Origin: Candidatus Omnitrophota bacterium
GTDB taxonomy: Bacteria; Omnitrophota; Gorgyraeia; Zapsychrales; JAHFFX01
DNA length: 64,000 bases
NCBI GenBank assembly: GCA_023247725.1
Contig: JAHFFW010000013.1
Coordinates: 1,031 to 65,030 of the forward strand
Direction of reading: 5' to 3'
The notes under the pieces are model-generated. The model saw only the letters and a program-made list of their open reading frames with translations, was not told where the DNA came from and did no database searches. The translations under genes were made by a program, and so were the position numbers. This document shows positions 8,723-18,178 of the stretch, piece by piece; within the stretch, counting starts at the first letter, position 1, and each line of letters begins with the position of its first letter.

Positions 8723-10579
8723 TCAAGGGCGGCGCCGCAGGATCGAAAATGAGGGGGTCGAGGCGACCAGCGAATAATGTTCGTTAATAAAGGCAACGAC
8801 CTCGTCGTATTTTGCTTTATTCTCAGGCAGACGAAAATAGACATCAGGAAACCAGGTTCCTGGATCCTTGGAGATGACGGCATAATTGGGCGCAGATGCC
8901 TTCAGGTCTTTCAAAAATTCCTGATGCCAATCTTCCTTAAACCAGGAAAAGGGCACCATGGGAAACCGCCCCACCCATGGCCGATCGACGAGGAATTGAT
9001 AAAAACCCAACTCTGGAAACATCAGGACCTTTTCGCCTTTGGCCGTATGGGAGCGAATAAATTGATTTACCCCTTCTATGTCCTTTGCCTGCGAAGTGGG
9101 CACAACCATGCCTTTGAGCCTTTCCAATTGTAATTCTTTCGACTCTTCACCGGCCAGAGGTTTCAATGACTCCAGACTTTGTCTGGTTAAAGCATTACGA
9201 ACATACTTAAAAACAAAAAAACGATGATTGAACCGTTGGATAGAATAGCTGATGGACACGATAACCATTATGATTAAAAAGACCTGTGTCGCGGCTTTCG
9301 TTGAATTTTGCCATGTCAAAGACAAAAAATAATTTTGTTGCATTTGATTTGGGTGCGCTGTATGGAACCCCACGGGCATGCCCCTGCCTCGCCGGCAGGC
9401 GGGCGTGGTACCTTCTTCTTGCCCTTTGGGGATTTGCTCGCGTGATTTCTTATGATTGGGTTCCATCCCGAGCGAAGGGCCCCCGGCCATGGCCGGGGTA
9501 CGAGTCGAGGGATCGAGTCCTATCCATGCCGCTTTTTCCAATAAAAAAAAGTACAAAATCTTTTCCGGCTGCAAGGCCATCTCAAATTGGGAGGCATGGA
9601 TGGCCCGAAAAGCCGCTTTGTACATGACCAGCCCATAGACGCCCAGACAAATGCAGGCACAATCGGACACAGTGAGATTCTTTTTGCTTTTTTGCCAAAA
9701 AAGGTAAACCAAAAAAAATAAATAGCAATAGGCCGGCGTCATCTGCTTGAAATTCGCCGAAACAGGATTGACCATGGCGATCAAGGCTTCTCTGGGATTA
9801 TTCGGGATTTCCGAAATAAAATTGAGGTTGATCGTGGTCTGCATCTTGGTGACGACGGTATAAACCGCCTCGAGATAAGGAATAAAGGCGCCGTTGATTA
9901 TAAAATACATGACCGCCGGGATCGCCACACAAGCGATTCCGCCCAGAAATGCAAAAATCGCCGATTTGAGTTTCGGCCAGGGAAGCGTTTGGGACCAAGA
10001 GGAGAAAATAAGTCCCGCCACAATTCCGCTTAAGGCACAGATGCCAATCTCCACACTGGTCAGAAGTCCCAGGATCGAAACAAACCCAGCCCAGAACATC
10101 CAGGAAGGCTTTTGTCGGCGGAAAAACTTCACGGCGCACCACACCGCCAGAATTCCAAAGGCAAATCGCATCCCTCCCCAATAGGCAAAAACCACTCGCG
10201 GAAAGGTTCTCGTCACAAGAATCGGAATGAGCAAATAGAAAAAAAGCCGCGAAGAAAGAATTTCTCTCGCCAAGAAAATGCACAAGATGAGCGTCAATAC
10301 GTTACCGACATAAAAATAGGACGAAAGAACCGCGATGTTTTCCCCAAAGAGCTTCATGAGAAGGGCCGGGACATATAACTCCAAGGGACCACGCAGATGA
10401 AAAACATCCCGAAAAGGCACTTGCCCTTTGAGCACCGCGTCAATCCCGGGCAAATAAAGTCCCAGCTCAAATTCATTGATATTGCCATGAAGGAAATAGG
10501 GTTGCCAGGTGATGAGGATCGTAAAGAAAGACAGAATCAAAACATCGAAGGGTTGGGGCGGTTGAAGCAGTTTTTTCAT
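8723..10579 (-). CDS. multi-pass membrane protein, probable GT-C (ArnT/PMT-like) glycosyltransferase, with an in-frame repeat insertion
   Basis: Many TM helices, PFRDVFHLRGPL loop motif, soluble C-terminal domain; start moved to ATG 10579. Confidence 0.6.
   Translation of the reverse strand: MKKLLQPPQPFDVLILSFFTILITWQPYFLHGNINEFELGLYLPGIDAVLKGQVPFRDVFHLRGPLELYVPALLMKLFGENIAVLSSYFYVGNVLTLILCIFLAREILSSRLFFYLLIPILVTRTFPRVVFAYWGGMRFAFGILAVWCAVKFFRRQKPSWMFWAGFVSILGLLTSVEIGICALSGIVAGLIFSSWSQTLPWPKLKSAIFAFLGGIACVAIPAVMYFIINGAFIPYLEAVYTVVTKMQTTINLNFISEIPNNPREALIAMVNPVSANFKQMTPAYCYLFFLVYLFWQKSKKNLTVSDCACICLGVYGLVMYKAAFRAIHASQFEMALQPEKILYFFLLEKAAWIGLDPSTRTPAMAGGPSLGMEPNHKKSREQIPKGQEEGTTPACRRGRGMPVGFHTAHPNQMQQNYFLSLTWQNSTKAATQVFLIIMVIVSISYSIQRFNHRFFVFKYVRNALTRQSLESLKPLAGEESKELQLERLKGMVVPTSQAKDIEGVNQFIRSHTAKGEKVLMFPELGFYQFLVDRPWVGRFPMVPFSWFKEDWHQEFLKDLKASAPNYAVISKDPGTWFPDVYFRLPENKAKYDEVVAFINEHYSLVASTPSFSILRRRP
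9361..9526. repeat. nested palindromic repeat / MITE-like element inside a CDS
   Basis: Stacked hairpins CCACGGGCATGCCC..CGTGG, CCTGCC..GGCAGG, CCCCGGCCATGGCCGGGG, TCCCGAGCG..AGTCGAGGGA; translates as a hydrophilic block between TM segments; boundaries approximate. Confidence 0.7.
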
Positions 10580-10683
10580 GATCCTGGCATTGACCGAAAA
10601 AATTTGAAATGATTTACCAGCTATTGTAATGAAAGCTTCGGAGATTTCCAGCTTTTTCAATTTTTCTGGCAGGAGATGCGGAG

Positions 10684-12426
10684 TTATTGGAGTCTGTACT
10701 CGGTGTAATTTTTTAAGTAAAGCAAATTTTTGAGCACAATCGGGTCAACGACGGTCTGTGAATCGCTAGAGAGATGATCTCGATCAATAATAATAGGCGC
10801 GTATTCATCTTCGGCAGAAGGGGCGGGGGATTGCTGCACGATCCGAGGGATCTTGACACCGCGAGTCGAAGCCGAGGCGTTTTTATGGGAATGATTAAAC
10901 TCCTGGACCATTTTTTCCAGATCCTGACCTTTGAGACCATTGGCCGGAGGAGAGATGGCTGGGTGGTTCGAGGATTTTGACGTCAAAGCCTGAAGCATTC
11001 CGGTTGACCAAAAGGGATTAATTAAGGGATGAGGACAATTGGAAAAATTACTGACTAACGCATCAGTCATAGTACTCGTCTTCTTGTCATCGGTTGTTGC
11101 CTGCGTTGGCAGTACTGCTTCCGTAAATGGTCTATTATTTGTACGGAAGTCAGTAAAATCGTAAGGAACCTGCGAGGATGCCATGACAAAACTTTTGTCA
11201 GTTTTATTCTCCTTCGACCCGCCCACGACCGGGCGAAGTAGCATAGGTGGACCCGCTGGTTCCGCTTTCATTTCGGCTTTCGGTGCCTTTACAATAGTGG
11301 GTTCGGCTTCGGGTTTGGTCGTTTGCATTTTTTTTGCGATGACAGATTCAGCCAGCTTAACGTGAGCTGAAAGTTTTGAACTCTTAGCCAAAAAGACCGA
11401 AGTTAGCTGCGGACCCTTTTCTCTTTGCGCCACGGATTCCACGAGATGGCGCAACGATTGCAACCTTGCTTTGGCCTGAATCAGGAATGCTTTTTTCTCC
11501 GGAAGGCTGGGCTCAAATTTTTTGCCAGCCGAATGGAAAAATTGGGAAGGATCGATCAAAGGGGGTGGCCTGAAAGACGCCCCTTTGGTTTTTTTTACTG
11601 TTTTTTCGGTCGTTCTTTCTACGGTATTAGCCGGTGCCGGGATTTGTGAGGAGGGAATGGCCATAACGACTTCTTTTGGTTTAGCCGGAGGCGGAATTAA
11701 AGCCAATTCTTTTTCCAAGTCGGCCGGCGCATTGATATTCAAACGTCCTTTTTTGCGTTGTCCAATCTCGGCCACAATGTCATCGAGATGTTCGGAATCA
11801 GACACGGGCGTAACTATGGAAGCCGCCGGGGTCATGACATCCCCTTTCTCTTTTTCTTTCTGCTTTTGGGGTTTTTGTCCCTTGGGAAGTAATACGGCCG
11901 AATCAAATTCTTTAACCTTAGCCTTAAATTCCTTATCTTTTTTAAAGTTCTGGAAAAGACTTTCAAAATAGTCACCCAAAAAACCTAAAAATGATTTTTG
12001 AACCGGCTGATGAACAATGGTGATCGTCTTGACCTTGGCCGGATCATAACCCATATCTCTTAAGTCAGCGGCATCGAGGAACGCTTGACCGGTTTGGGAA
12101 GAAACCGGAATAATCAGATTAGCAGGAGTTGTACTGGGGGAAGCGTTGTTGCAGGAATCTGCAGATATTTCTGAAGGATTCTGGCTTTCAAACCCATGCC
12201 CGTCTTTTTCCTTCGTTTTCTCCACCTCTAGTCTCATGGCCTTGATCCGCTCGGTCTTGTAATCCTGAAGACTTTTGAATTTGCGGCCATTAATAAAAAT
12301 ATCAATGGGCTCGCGGGCGGGCTGAGTCCAACCGACCGGCACGGGGGCCCCAAAAATCCACAACAGTTGAGTGCCGATCAGAAGAATGAAACATCTTTTA
12401 AAGTGTCTGAATCTTATACTGTCCAT
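10684..12426 (-). CDS. hypothetical exported protein, K/P/S/T-rich low complexity
   Basis: Long ORF with N-terminal hydrophobic segment; no family recognised; start uncertain. Confidence 0.6.
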   Translation of the reverse strand: MDSIRFRHFKRCFILLIGTQLLWIFGAPVPVGWTQPAREPIDIFINGRKFKSLQDYKTERIKAMRLEVEKTKEKDGHGFESQNPSEISADSCNNASPSTTPANLIIPVSSQTGQAFLDAADLRDMGYDPAKVKTITIVHQPVQKSFLGFLGDYFESLFQNFKKDKEFKAKVKEFDSAVLLPKGQKPQKQKEKEKGDVMTPAASIVTPVSDSEHLDDIVAEIGQRKKGRLNINAPADLEKELALIPPPAKPKEVVMAIPSSQIPAPANTVERTTEKTVKKTKGASFRPPPLIDPSQFFHSAGKKFEPSLPEKKAFLIQAKARLQSLRHLVESVAQREKGPQLTSVFLAKSSKLSAHVKLAESVIAKKMQTTKPEAEPTIVKAPKAEMKAEPAGPPMLLRPVVGGSKENKTDKSFVMASSQVPYDFTDFRTNNRPFTEAVLPTQATTDDKKTSTMTDALVSNFSNCPHPLINPFWSTGMLQALTSKSSNHPAISPPANGLKGQDLEKMVQEFNHSHKNASASTRGVKIPRIVQQSPAPSAEDEYAPIIIDRDHLSSDSQTVVDPIVLKNLLYLKNYTEYRLQ

Positions 12427-12636
12427 AGGCAAGTCGTTGTCGTTGAACTTCAAGTCGTCATTCAGTGCTTATTTGGATCAGACGGATCAGGGCTCAATAA
12501 TTATAACTGGTCCCTCCGAACTTATGCAACCTCAATTTTTGACATCCTTTCCCTAATTCCGAGGAGCAAAAATGGCCGATTTCAATGGCTGATTTCAGCT
12601 ATTGCCGAGCCGCAATTATCTAGGTAAACTATATTT

Positions 12637-12873
12637 ATGGGAAACCTTTACGTCTTTATCCTGGTGGTAGCCAGTCTTGTGTGGATGGTGAGCCTGTTTT
12701 TTGGGTTAATGACGGGGGTCAGTAAAAGCTTTCGGCAAAAGCCCAATCCATCATCAGTCCAGGCAGAAAAATTGAAGGATAAGGAAAGGAAACTGGCAGA
12801 GGAAACGGAAGAAAAACGGCGACAATTGATGGAAAACACACAGCAGCGCATCCGTGACAGCAAAAAATTTTAA
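12637..12873 (+). CDS. small membrane-anchored coiled-coil protein
   Basis: N-terminal TM helix then charged helix; fills the gap between minus-strand genes. Confidence 0.65.
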   Translation: MGNLYVFILVVASLVWMVSLFFGLMTGVSKSFRQKPNPSSVQAEKLKDKERKLAEETEEKRRQLMENTQQRIRDSKKF

Positions 12874-12878
12874 TTTCT

Positions 12879-13310
12879 TTAGGAGCCTTCCCGGGATTCC
12901 AAAATCCTTTTTCGCATTTCCCCTTCATACTGGGTTTGAATCTGAGTCAAGGCATTCTTCCCCAGAATCAATTGTGCGGCTTGTTCAATCGCGGTCAAAC
13001 GGTTTTTAAGATATAGGTAATCGGCTTGCAAGGACTTGGGGCCGTGGTCGGAAAATTTTTCGGCGTGCGCCTGTGTCCGCTTCTTCTCTATATATTGTTC
13101 AAAGGAGGCCAAGCGTTCGGCATACTGATTACTTTGATCCTCTGTTAATTTTATATTTTGCCTTCTTAAAATCTTTAAGATTTCCTCATCAACCACCAGC
13201 TGAGTGAATTTGCGGTCAATCCGGTCTAACTCTTCTTTGGTTGTTTTATAACACCAAAGCAAATATCGCCGAATGAGGTGTTGTTCCGCTATCTTTGCTT
13301 TTTGGGGCAT
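12879..13310 (-). CDS. hypothetical protein
   Basis: 143-aa helical ORF (RRYLLWCYKTTKEELDRIDRKFTQ); no family recognised. Confidence 0.7.
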   Translation of the reverse strand: MPQKAKIAEQHLIRRYLLWCYKTTKEELDRIDRKFTQLVVDEEILKILRRQNIKLTEDQSNQYAERLASFEQYIEKKRTQAHAEKFSDHGPKSLQADYLYLKNRLTAIEQAAQLILGKNALTQIQTQYEGEMRKRILESREGS

Positions 13311-13320
13311 TGACGGGGGT

Positions 13321-13373
13321 TAGCCCGTAGAGAGAAAATAATGAAGTCGGCGGCTTTTCTCTTTACGGGGCTA
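13321..13373. repeat. imperfect inverted repeat (terminator or MITE remnant)
   Basis: TAGCCCGTAGAGAGAAAA ... TTTTCTCTTTACGGGGCTA. Confidence 0.5.
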
Positions 13374-13556
13374 CTAGGGAATGACATTAATATCATCGAC
13401 CATCGCATCGAGTAGGTCCACGCTGCCATTGAGTTGTTGCTCGAGGTTATTGCGGAAATTGCCGAAAGGATTGAGAAAGATAATAAGAACCGTAAGGACG
13501 GCAGCAGATAAAACCAAATATTCAACGGCGCTTTGAGCGGTGCGATTTATTTTCAT
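13374..13556 (-). CDS. small pilin-like protein with class III signal peptide (Flp/Tad type)
   Basis: Basic leader, AQ|SAVEY motif, then a hydrophobic helix. Confidence 0.7.
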   Translation of the reverse strand: MKINRTAQSAVEYLVLSAAVLTVLIIFLNPFGNFRNNLEQQLNGSVDLLDAMVDDINVIP

Positions 13557-13680
13557 AGCATTGCCTCAAATCATCCTCATCCAAACTATAGCATATGGAA
13601 GAAAAATTGTAAAACCTTTGGACCTTCACCTTTAAATTATTCTTAAGAGTTCTCCCCAAACTTCTCAAGATTTACTATTA

Positions 13681-13722
13681 GAAGAGGCGGCCATCCCGCT
13701 TGAACAGGATGGCCGCCTCTTC
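13681..13722. terminator. hairpin terminator
   Basis: 16-bp perfect stem GAAGAGGCGGCCATCC/GGATGGCCGCCTCTTC right after the stop at 13724. Confidence 0.65.
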
Positions 13723-13723
13723 C

Positions 13724-14338
13724 TCACGGGCCCAAGGTTTTAAAGACCTTATCCCCGGCCTTTGCCGGAGTGTGAGTTTTTAATCCTACCTGTTGACCTT
13801 TCCTGGCTCGTTCGACATTCACACTTTCAATCTGCAGAGACTGAATCGACTGAATAAATCGGGTTTCTTTTCCGGAAATGAGGACCTTCTCTCCGACCGC
13901 AATCGGTCCATGACTAAGATTGATGACCACAACGCCGATTTGAGAAAAATAATGGGTGATTTCGCCAATGAGGGGACCGGTTCTCGGCTGGGATGAAGTT
14001 GCCAGTATGATGGAGGGAAGAGCTCTTTTGCCTTTGGCCAGCGTCGGACTCTTAAGCGCAGGCCGGGCTGAATGCAATCGTCCCGATCTTAGCGCAGCAT
14101 TGTTCCTGTTGTTAACCCGTAATGGCTTTGAGGGATGGGATGGCGATTTTTTTCTGGCAGCATTTCGCGAAGAAATTTTTTTTCGTCGGGTTTTGGCTTT
14201 TGGTGAGGTTGAAGGTTTTTTTCTTCGGATGGGCCGGCGGCGAGAAGTTTTTCCGCTCGATTGAACGGATTTAAAAAACCGGTTTATGGATCGAATGAGT
14301 TTTCTAAAAATGATCCGCCCCCCTGAAATCCATTGCAA
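13724..14338 (-). CDS. EF-Tu domain II-like / U32 C-terminal-like beta-barrel protein with K/R-rich N-terminal tail
   Basis: C-terminal GEITHYFSQIGV...QSLQIESVNVERARKGQQVGLK; start uncertain. Confidence 0.65.
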   Translation of the reverse strand: MQWISGGRIIFRKLIRSINRFFKSVQSSGKTSRRRPIRRKKPSTSPKAKTRRKKISSRNAARKKSPSHPSKPLRVNNRNNAALRSGRLHSARPALKSPTLAKGKRALPSIILATSSQPRTGPLIGEITHYFSQIGVVVINLSHGPIAVGEKVLISGKETRFIQSIQSLQIESVNVERARKGQQVGLKTHTPAKAGDKVFKTLGP

Positions 14339-14388
14339 GCGGCGCTCACAAACTTTCCCAAAAAATTAAGTAGGCTTGTCCGACATGG

Positions 14389-14718
14389 CTAAAGGACAAT
14401 TTTGTCAGCAATGTCGGCGACAAAAGGCAACCGGATCTCATGGCCACGCAAGGCTTCGATAATGCCCCACAACGATAACGCACCCAAAAAAAACAGCCCA
14501 AAACGTAAGACTCCGGGAATAGCAATATGAAGGATAAAAACAGCCGCTTGAGCGACAAAGATGACGAGGCCTTGTTTGCCGTGGGAGAGGACGAAGGGGT
14601 TGTCCTTTTTTAGGACCAGCGGGATCACGCAGAGGACCGAAAGGTAGGACAAAATCGCGTAGATTTTTCCTTCCCGGATGGTCTCTTCGTCAATTGGACT
14701 TTGCCGTAAGTTCCCCAT
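14389..14718 (-). CDS. small membrane protein (DUF4870-like)
   Basis: LSYLSVLCVIPLVLKKDNPFVLSHGKQGL, 3 TM helices, RLPFVADIA C-terminus. Confidence 0.7.
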   Translation of the reverse strand: MGNLRQSPIDEETIREGKIYAILSYLSVLCVIPLVLKKDNPFVLSHGKQGLVIFVAQAAVFILHIAIPGVLRFGLFFLGALSLWGIIEALRGHEIRLPFVADIADKIVL

Positions 14719-15817
14719 CCGCCCTAACCTCGATCAAGGAATTGATATCACCAAACGAATTGCGTTCTTTGACGGGATTTTGCGGGTCTTCCTGCCATTT
14801 TCCATCAACAATAAATTGATATTTGTAAGTTCCCGCCTTCAAGGGCAATTGAACACTCCAACGGCCGCCTTCGTTGCGCATGCGGCAGGATTCATCCAAA
14901 GACCAGTCGTTAAAACTCCCCGTCACATAGACGGATTGGGCATAGGGGGCTTCCAATGTGAATGGCGTAGAAAGAAATTCCGAAGCTTCTTGACGGATCA
15001 TTTCTCTCATCCGTTGTGACAAGGGAACGGATGCACTGGATTGCGACGTTTCCGCAAGAGATTCCCATAAAGAGATTATCTCTTTGGCCAGCGTCAAATA
15101 ATCCTTCGTACCGCGGCAGTATTTGTCGTAATAATAAACCGTTTTACCCATGACGGCGGATTCCTTGAGTTTGACATTGACGTGAATGATCGTATCAAAA
15201 AGATTCCCGGCAAATTTTTCCTTGAACTGCGAGAGCATGGAAAAGGAATGCCGCAACCTCGAATCGAACATCGTGACCAGAACCCGGCAATTCACCGGAT
15301 GATTCAAGCGATCCCGAATGAGGTTCACAATATCCATCAAATGATCCACACCTTGCATGGAAAAACGGCTAGTTTCAACCGGTACAATCACCTCGGAACT
15401 CGCCCGGAGGGCATTCACGGTTAAGAACCCTAAGCTCGGCGGACAATCAATGAGGATGTAATCATATTTGCTTTTTTGCGAGTTAAGGACTTCACTCAGC
15501 TTCAATTCCCGGCCAATCTCGTCAGCCAATTCCTGTTCCAGGGTTCCCACCAGAATATTGGAAGGGACAATGTCGAATTTTTTTTCGATCGTTTTAATGA
15601 TATCATCCAGCTTAAGCTTTCGAGGGGTCAACTTTGAGATCACATTGTAGATACTGTCCGGTGAATCCACATTCAGTCCCAAAGAAGCGTGAGCCTGAGG
15701 GTCGAGATCCAAAAGAAGCACTTTCTTACCCGTTATAGAAAGCGAAGAGGCAAGATTGATCGCTGTCGTCGTTTTTCCGCATCCGCCCTTTTGGTTCGCA
15801 ATGGAAATCACTTTCAT
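14690..15817 (-). CDS. ParA/Soj-family ATPase fused to a C-terminal CBM48 (AMPK-beta-type glycogen-binding) domain
   Basis: NQKGGCGKTTT, DLDPQ, DCPPSLG; C-terminal SVYVTGSFNDW...GTYKYQFIVDGKWQEDPQNP. Confidence 0.9.
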   Translation of the reverse strand: MKVISIANQKGGCGKTTTAINLASSLSITGKKVLLLDLDPQAHASLGLNVDSPDSIYNVISKLTPRKLKLDDIIKTIEKKFDIVPSNILVGTLEQELADEIGRELKLSEVLNSQKSKYDYILIDCPPSLGFLTVNALRASSEVIVPVETSRFSMQGVDHLMDIVNLIRDRLNHPVNCRVLVTMFDSRLRHSFSMLSQFKEKFAGNLFDTIIHVNVKLKESAVMGKTVYYYDKYCRGTKDYLTLAKEIISLWESLAETSQSSASVPLSQRMREMIRQEASEFLSTPFTLEAPYAQSVYVTGSFNDWSLDESCRMRNEGGRWSVQLPLKAGTYKYQFIVDGKWQEDPQNPVKERNSFGDINSLIEVRADGELTAKSN

Positions 15818-15892
15818 CGTTCTCTTCCTCCCTGTTGACCCGTTCGCTTCTTTGAAAGCTTAACGAAGTCCTCATTCAAAACAAAATAGCCC

Positions 15893-16468
15893 TTAGCTCG
15901 AAAAACAAACTCCGTCGATCAACACAATACCCTTCTTCTTCTCAGAATTCCATGCCTCCAAGACAAACGAGATTTCCGTGATATCGGACCAATCGGTGAT
16001 CTGGCTGAATTCTTCAAAGGGAATATCCACTGTTTGCCACTTCAAGCGGACATCCTTGATGTAAAAGGAGGCGATTTCATTGCGCCGATTTTTGATGGTC
16101 ACCTTGACGACGCCAGGATAGCCTTCTTCCAAACCGCGAATGGAAAAATTCAAACTCTTATATTTGGAGGCATTGATTTGGGGTATGGCCAAGGCAAAAA
16201 TTTTGATCTGCGGAAATGGATCGTTTAAATCGTAGTGAATACGTAAGGGGCCGTTCGTGAGGGCATAGATGATGCTGTTTCTAGATAATTCATTTTTTCC
16301 CGTCAAAAAAGCCGTAAAGCCATAAAAGGTGCTGGCGAGGATCACGAGCGTAATGACAATATTGATGAGCAGCCAAGCATTAAACCGACGCGATTTCTTT
16401 TCTTCAACTTTATCACGTTTGCCTAGATAGACTTGCGCTAAATGATCATATATTTCATCTCTGGTCAT
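15893..16468 (-). CDS. membrane-anchored carbohydrate-binding-like (CBM11/CIA30-type beta-sandwich) protein
   Basis: Single TM; LNFSIRG...KWQTVDIPFEEFSQITDWSDITEISFV...GIVLIDGVCF pattern. Confidence 0.65.
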   Translation of the reverse strand: MTRDEIYDHLAQVYLGKRDKVEEKKSRRFNAWLLINIVITLVILASTFYGFTAFLTGKNELSRNSIIYALTNGPLRIHYDLNDPFPQIKIFALAIPQINASKYKSLNFSIRGLEEGYPGVVKVTIKNRRNEIASFYIKDVRLKWQTVDIPFEEFSQITDWSDITEISFVLEAWNSEKKKGIVLIDGVCFSS

Positions 16469-16671
16469 AACTACGGACTGCCCTTACAACTTTATCGTTT
16501 GATTTTTTTTTGAGCGTGACAGTGAAGTGTGAATGTTTGTGTTTATCATAGCAGAGATTGAACTGATTGGAAATATTATTATGTTTTTTTTCGGGGAGGG
16601 TTTATAGCGATTTTTCCGTCGAGTTATCAAATGCCTAAAACAGAGAATAGATAGATATGAAATCTTTGCGC

Positions 16672-16713
16672 AAAAAAATTTGACCCCTGCCGTATTCTAC
16701 CCGGCAGGGGTCA
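16672..16713 (-). terminator. rho-independent terminator after the porin gene
   Basis: TGACCCCTGCCG/CGGCAGGGGTCA stem followed by a T-run on the minus strand. Confidence 0.75.
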
Positions 16714-16750
16714 GTGGAACTAACCTTTTTTTAGTGAACCTTCTAGAAAA

Positions 16751-18178
16751 TTAGAAGGCCACGCCAGCGTGAAGGATGGCCTGCTTGGCGGTACTATCAT
16801 TCGTACCGGCGAAGACATCACCTGGATTAAACCAGCCAAGATTCAAACCAACCTGGACATCTTCGGTGTAATCATACGTTAACTCGGCATCGACTTCAAA
16901 GCCAAGTCCCTTCTCATCAGTATTGTTGGCCACCGTGAGGGTGCCGCCGTCTGGCTGGCGGATCGCGAATGAAGAACCACGCAATTCCCTATCCAGCCAT
17001 AAACCGGTCCAAGTCACCTTGGCCGTGACATCTTCCATGGGAACCACGGAAGCGCTGGCCGTAAGGATGTGATCGTTGGTCAAATCAAAAAGCGTATTAT
17101 AGATTGACCCTCCAGCCTGATTTTCGAAGAATGGATCCCAGGCGGTGTATTTTTCATCACTTGCCGGACGGGCCGTATCTTCGGCTAATGCAGGATTGCT
17201 ATCACCGGAAAGATACGTATAAACTCCGGTTAAAACCGGATTCCATTTTGCGGTTGCTTCCAGGGGAACTTGATAATTGACGATGGCTTGTGCCGCCATG
17301 GCTTCGCGGTCTTGATTCTGCGCCACCGCCGTGGTCGTTAAGACGAAGTTACCTCTCTGCCAGGCCACTTCACCCTGGACATTCAATCCCTTGATCGGAT
17401 TGGTGCTCGCCCGCAAACCCGGCAAATAGACGGTATCGGATTTGTTGCCGCTGGAGCCCAGCGTCTGCGTGGACTTATCGATTCTGGCGAAGAAATAAGC
17501 CTCGGCTGTCGTATTCCAGTCATCACCGAAGGAGTAATTGAGGTTGGTTCCATACAGATCAACATCATCACTCCTGTCAGCCGCACCGGTTAAGGTGTTC
17601 GCATCGACCTTGAAATAAACCAGGTCAATGGTGAGCGGATTGAAATCCAATACTCCGCGGATACCATCGAGGGCGGTTTGCTTGGTCAGGTCATTGGCCA
17701 CACTGCTAAGCGCGCTGTCAGCCGGAGCCTGGTTATTGGTTCCGGTCGAATCAAAGACCAGACCATTTCCGTAGCGGACATCATTCATACGACCGGCATG
17801 AATCGTCAACGGGGATGAGAGAACATCCCGCAACGTCACTTTGGCCACATTGAGATCAATGTCCGTATTGGCACCACTGGGCGCATCCCATGGTCTCTCA
17901 TTGATGATTCCCAGGTGAGTGGACACATTGTCTGTCAGATCCGCGTCCACCCTGAGCCGGGTCTGCGTCAGAAACACGTTCTGACGTCTGTCACCGACAC
18001 GACCGGGCAGATTCGTTCCGGCGTTCGTGAGGGGTCCAGTAATACCCAAGTCAAAGTTGTCGCGCACCAACCAAGACGAATCGATGTCGCCGCTGACTTT
18101 GACGTTTTGCACACTAGCGAATGCCGGCACGGCCAGGAAAGCGACCATGAGCAGCGCTAAGAGTACTTTTTTGTTCAT
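16751..18178 (-). CDS. outer-membrane beta-barrel, alginate export (AlgE-like) family
   Basis: Signal peptide ending AFA, amphipathic strands, QTRLRVDADLTDNV, YLSGD, C-terminal Phe. Confidence 0.75.
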   Translation of the reverse strand: MNKKVLLALLMVAFLAVPAFASVQNVKVSGDIDSSWLVRDNFDLGITGPLTNAGTNLPGRVGDRRQNVFLTQTRLRVDADLTDNVSTHLGIINERPWDAPSGANTDIDLNVAKVTLRDVLSSPLTIHAGRMNDVRYGNGLVFDSTGTNNQAPADSALSSVANDLTKQTALDGIRGVLDFNPLTIDLVYFKVDANTLTGAADRSDDVDLYGTNLNYSFGDDWNTTAEAYFFARIDKSTQTLGSSGNKSDTVYLPGLRASTNPIKGLNVQGEVAWQRGNFVLTTTAVAQNQDREAMAAQAIVNYQVPLEATAKWNPVLTGVYTYLSGDSNPALAEDTARPASDEKYTAWDPFFENQAGGSIYNTLFDLTNDHILTASASVVPMEDVTAKVTWTGLWLDRELRGSSFAIRQPDGGTLTVANNTDEKGLGFEVDAELTYDYTEDVQVGLNLGWFNPGDVFAGTNDSTAKQAILHAGVAF

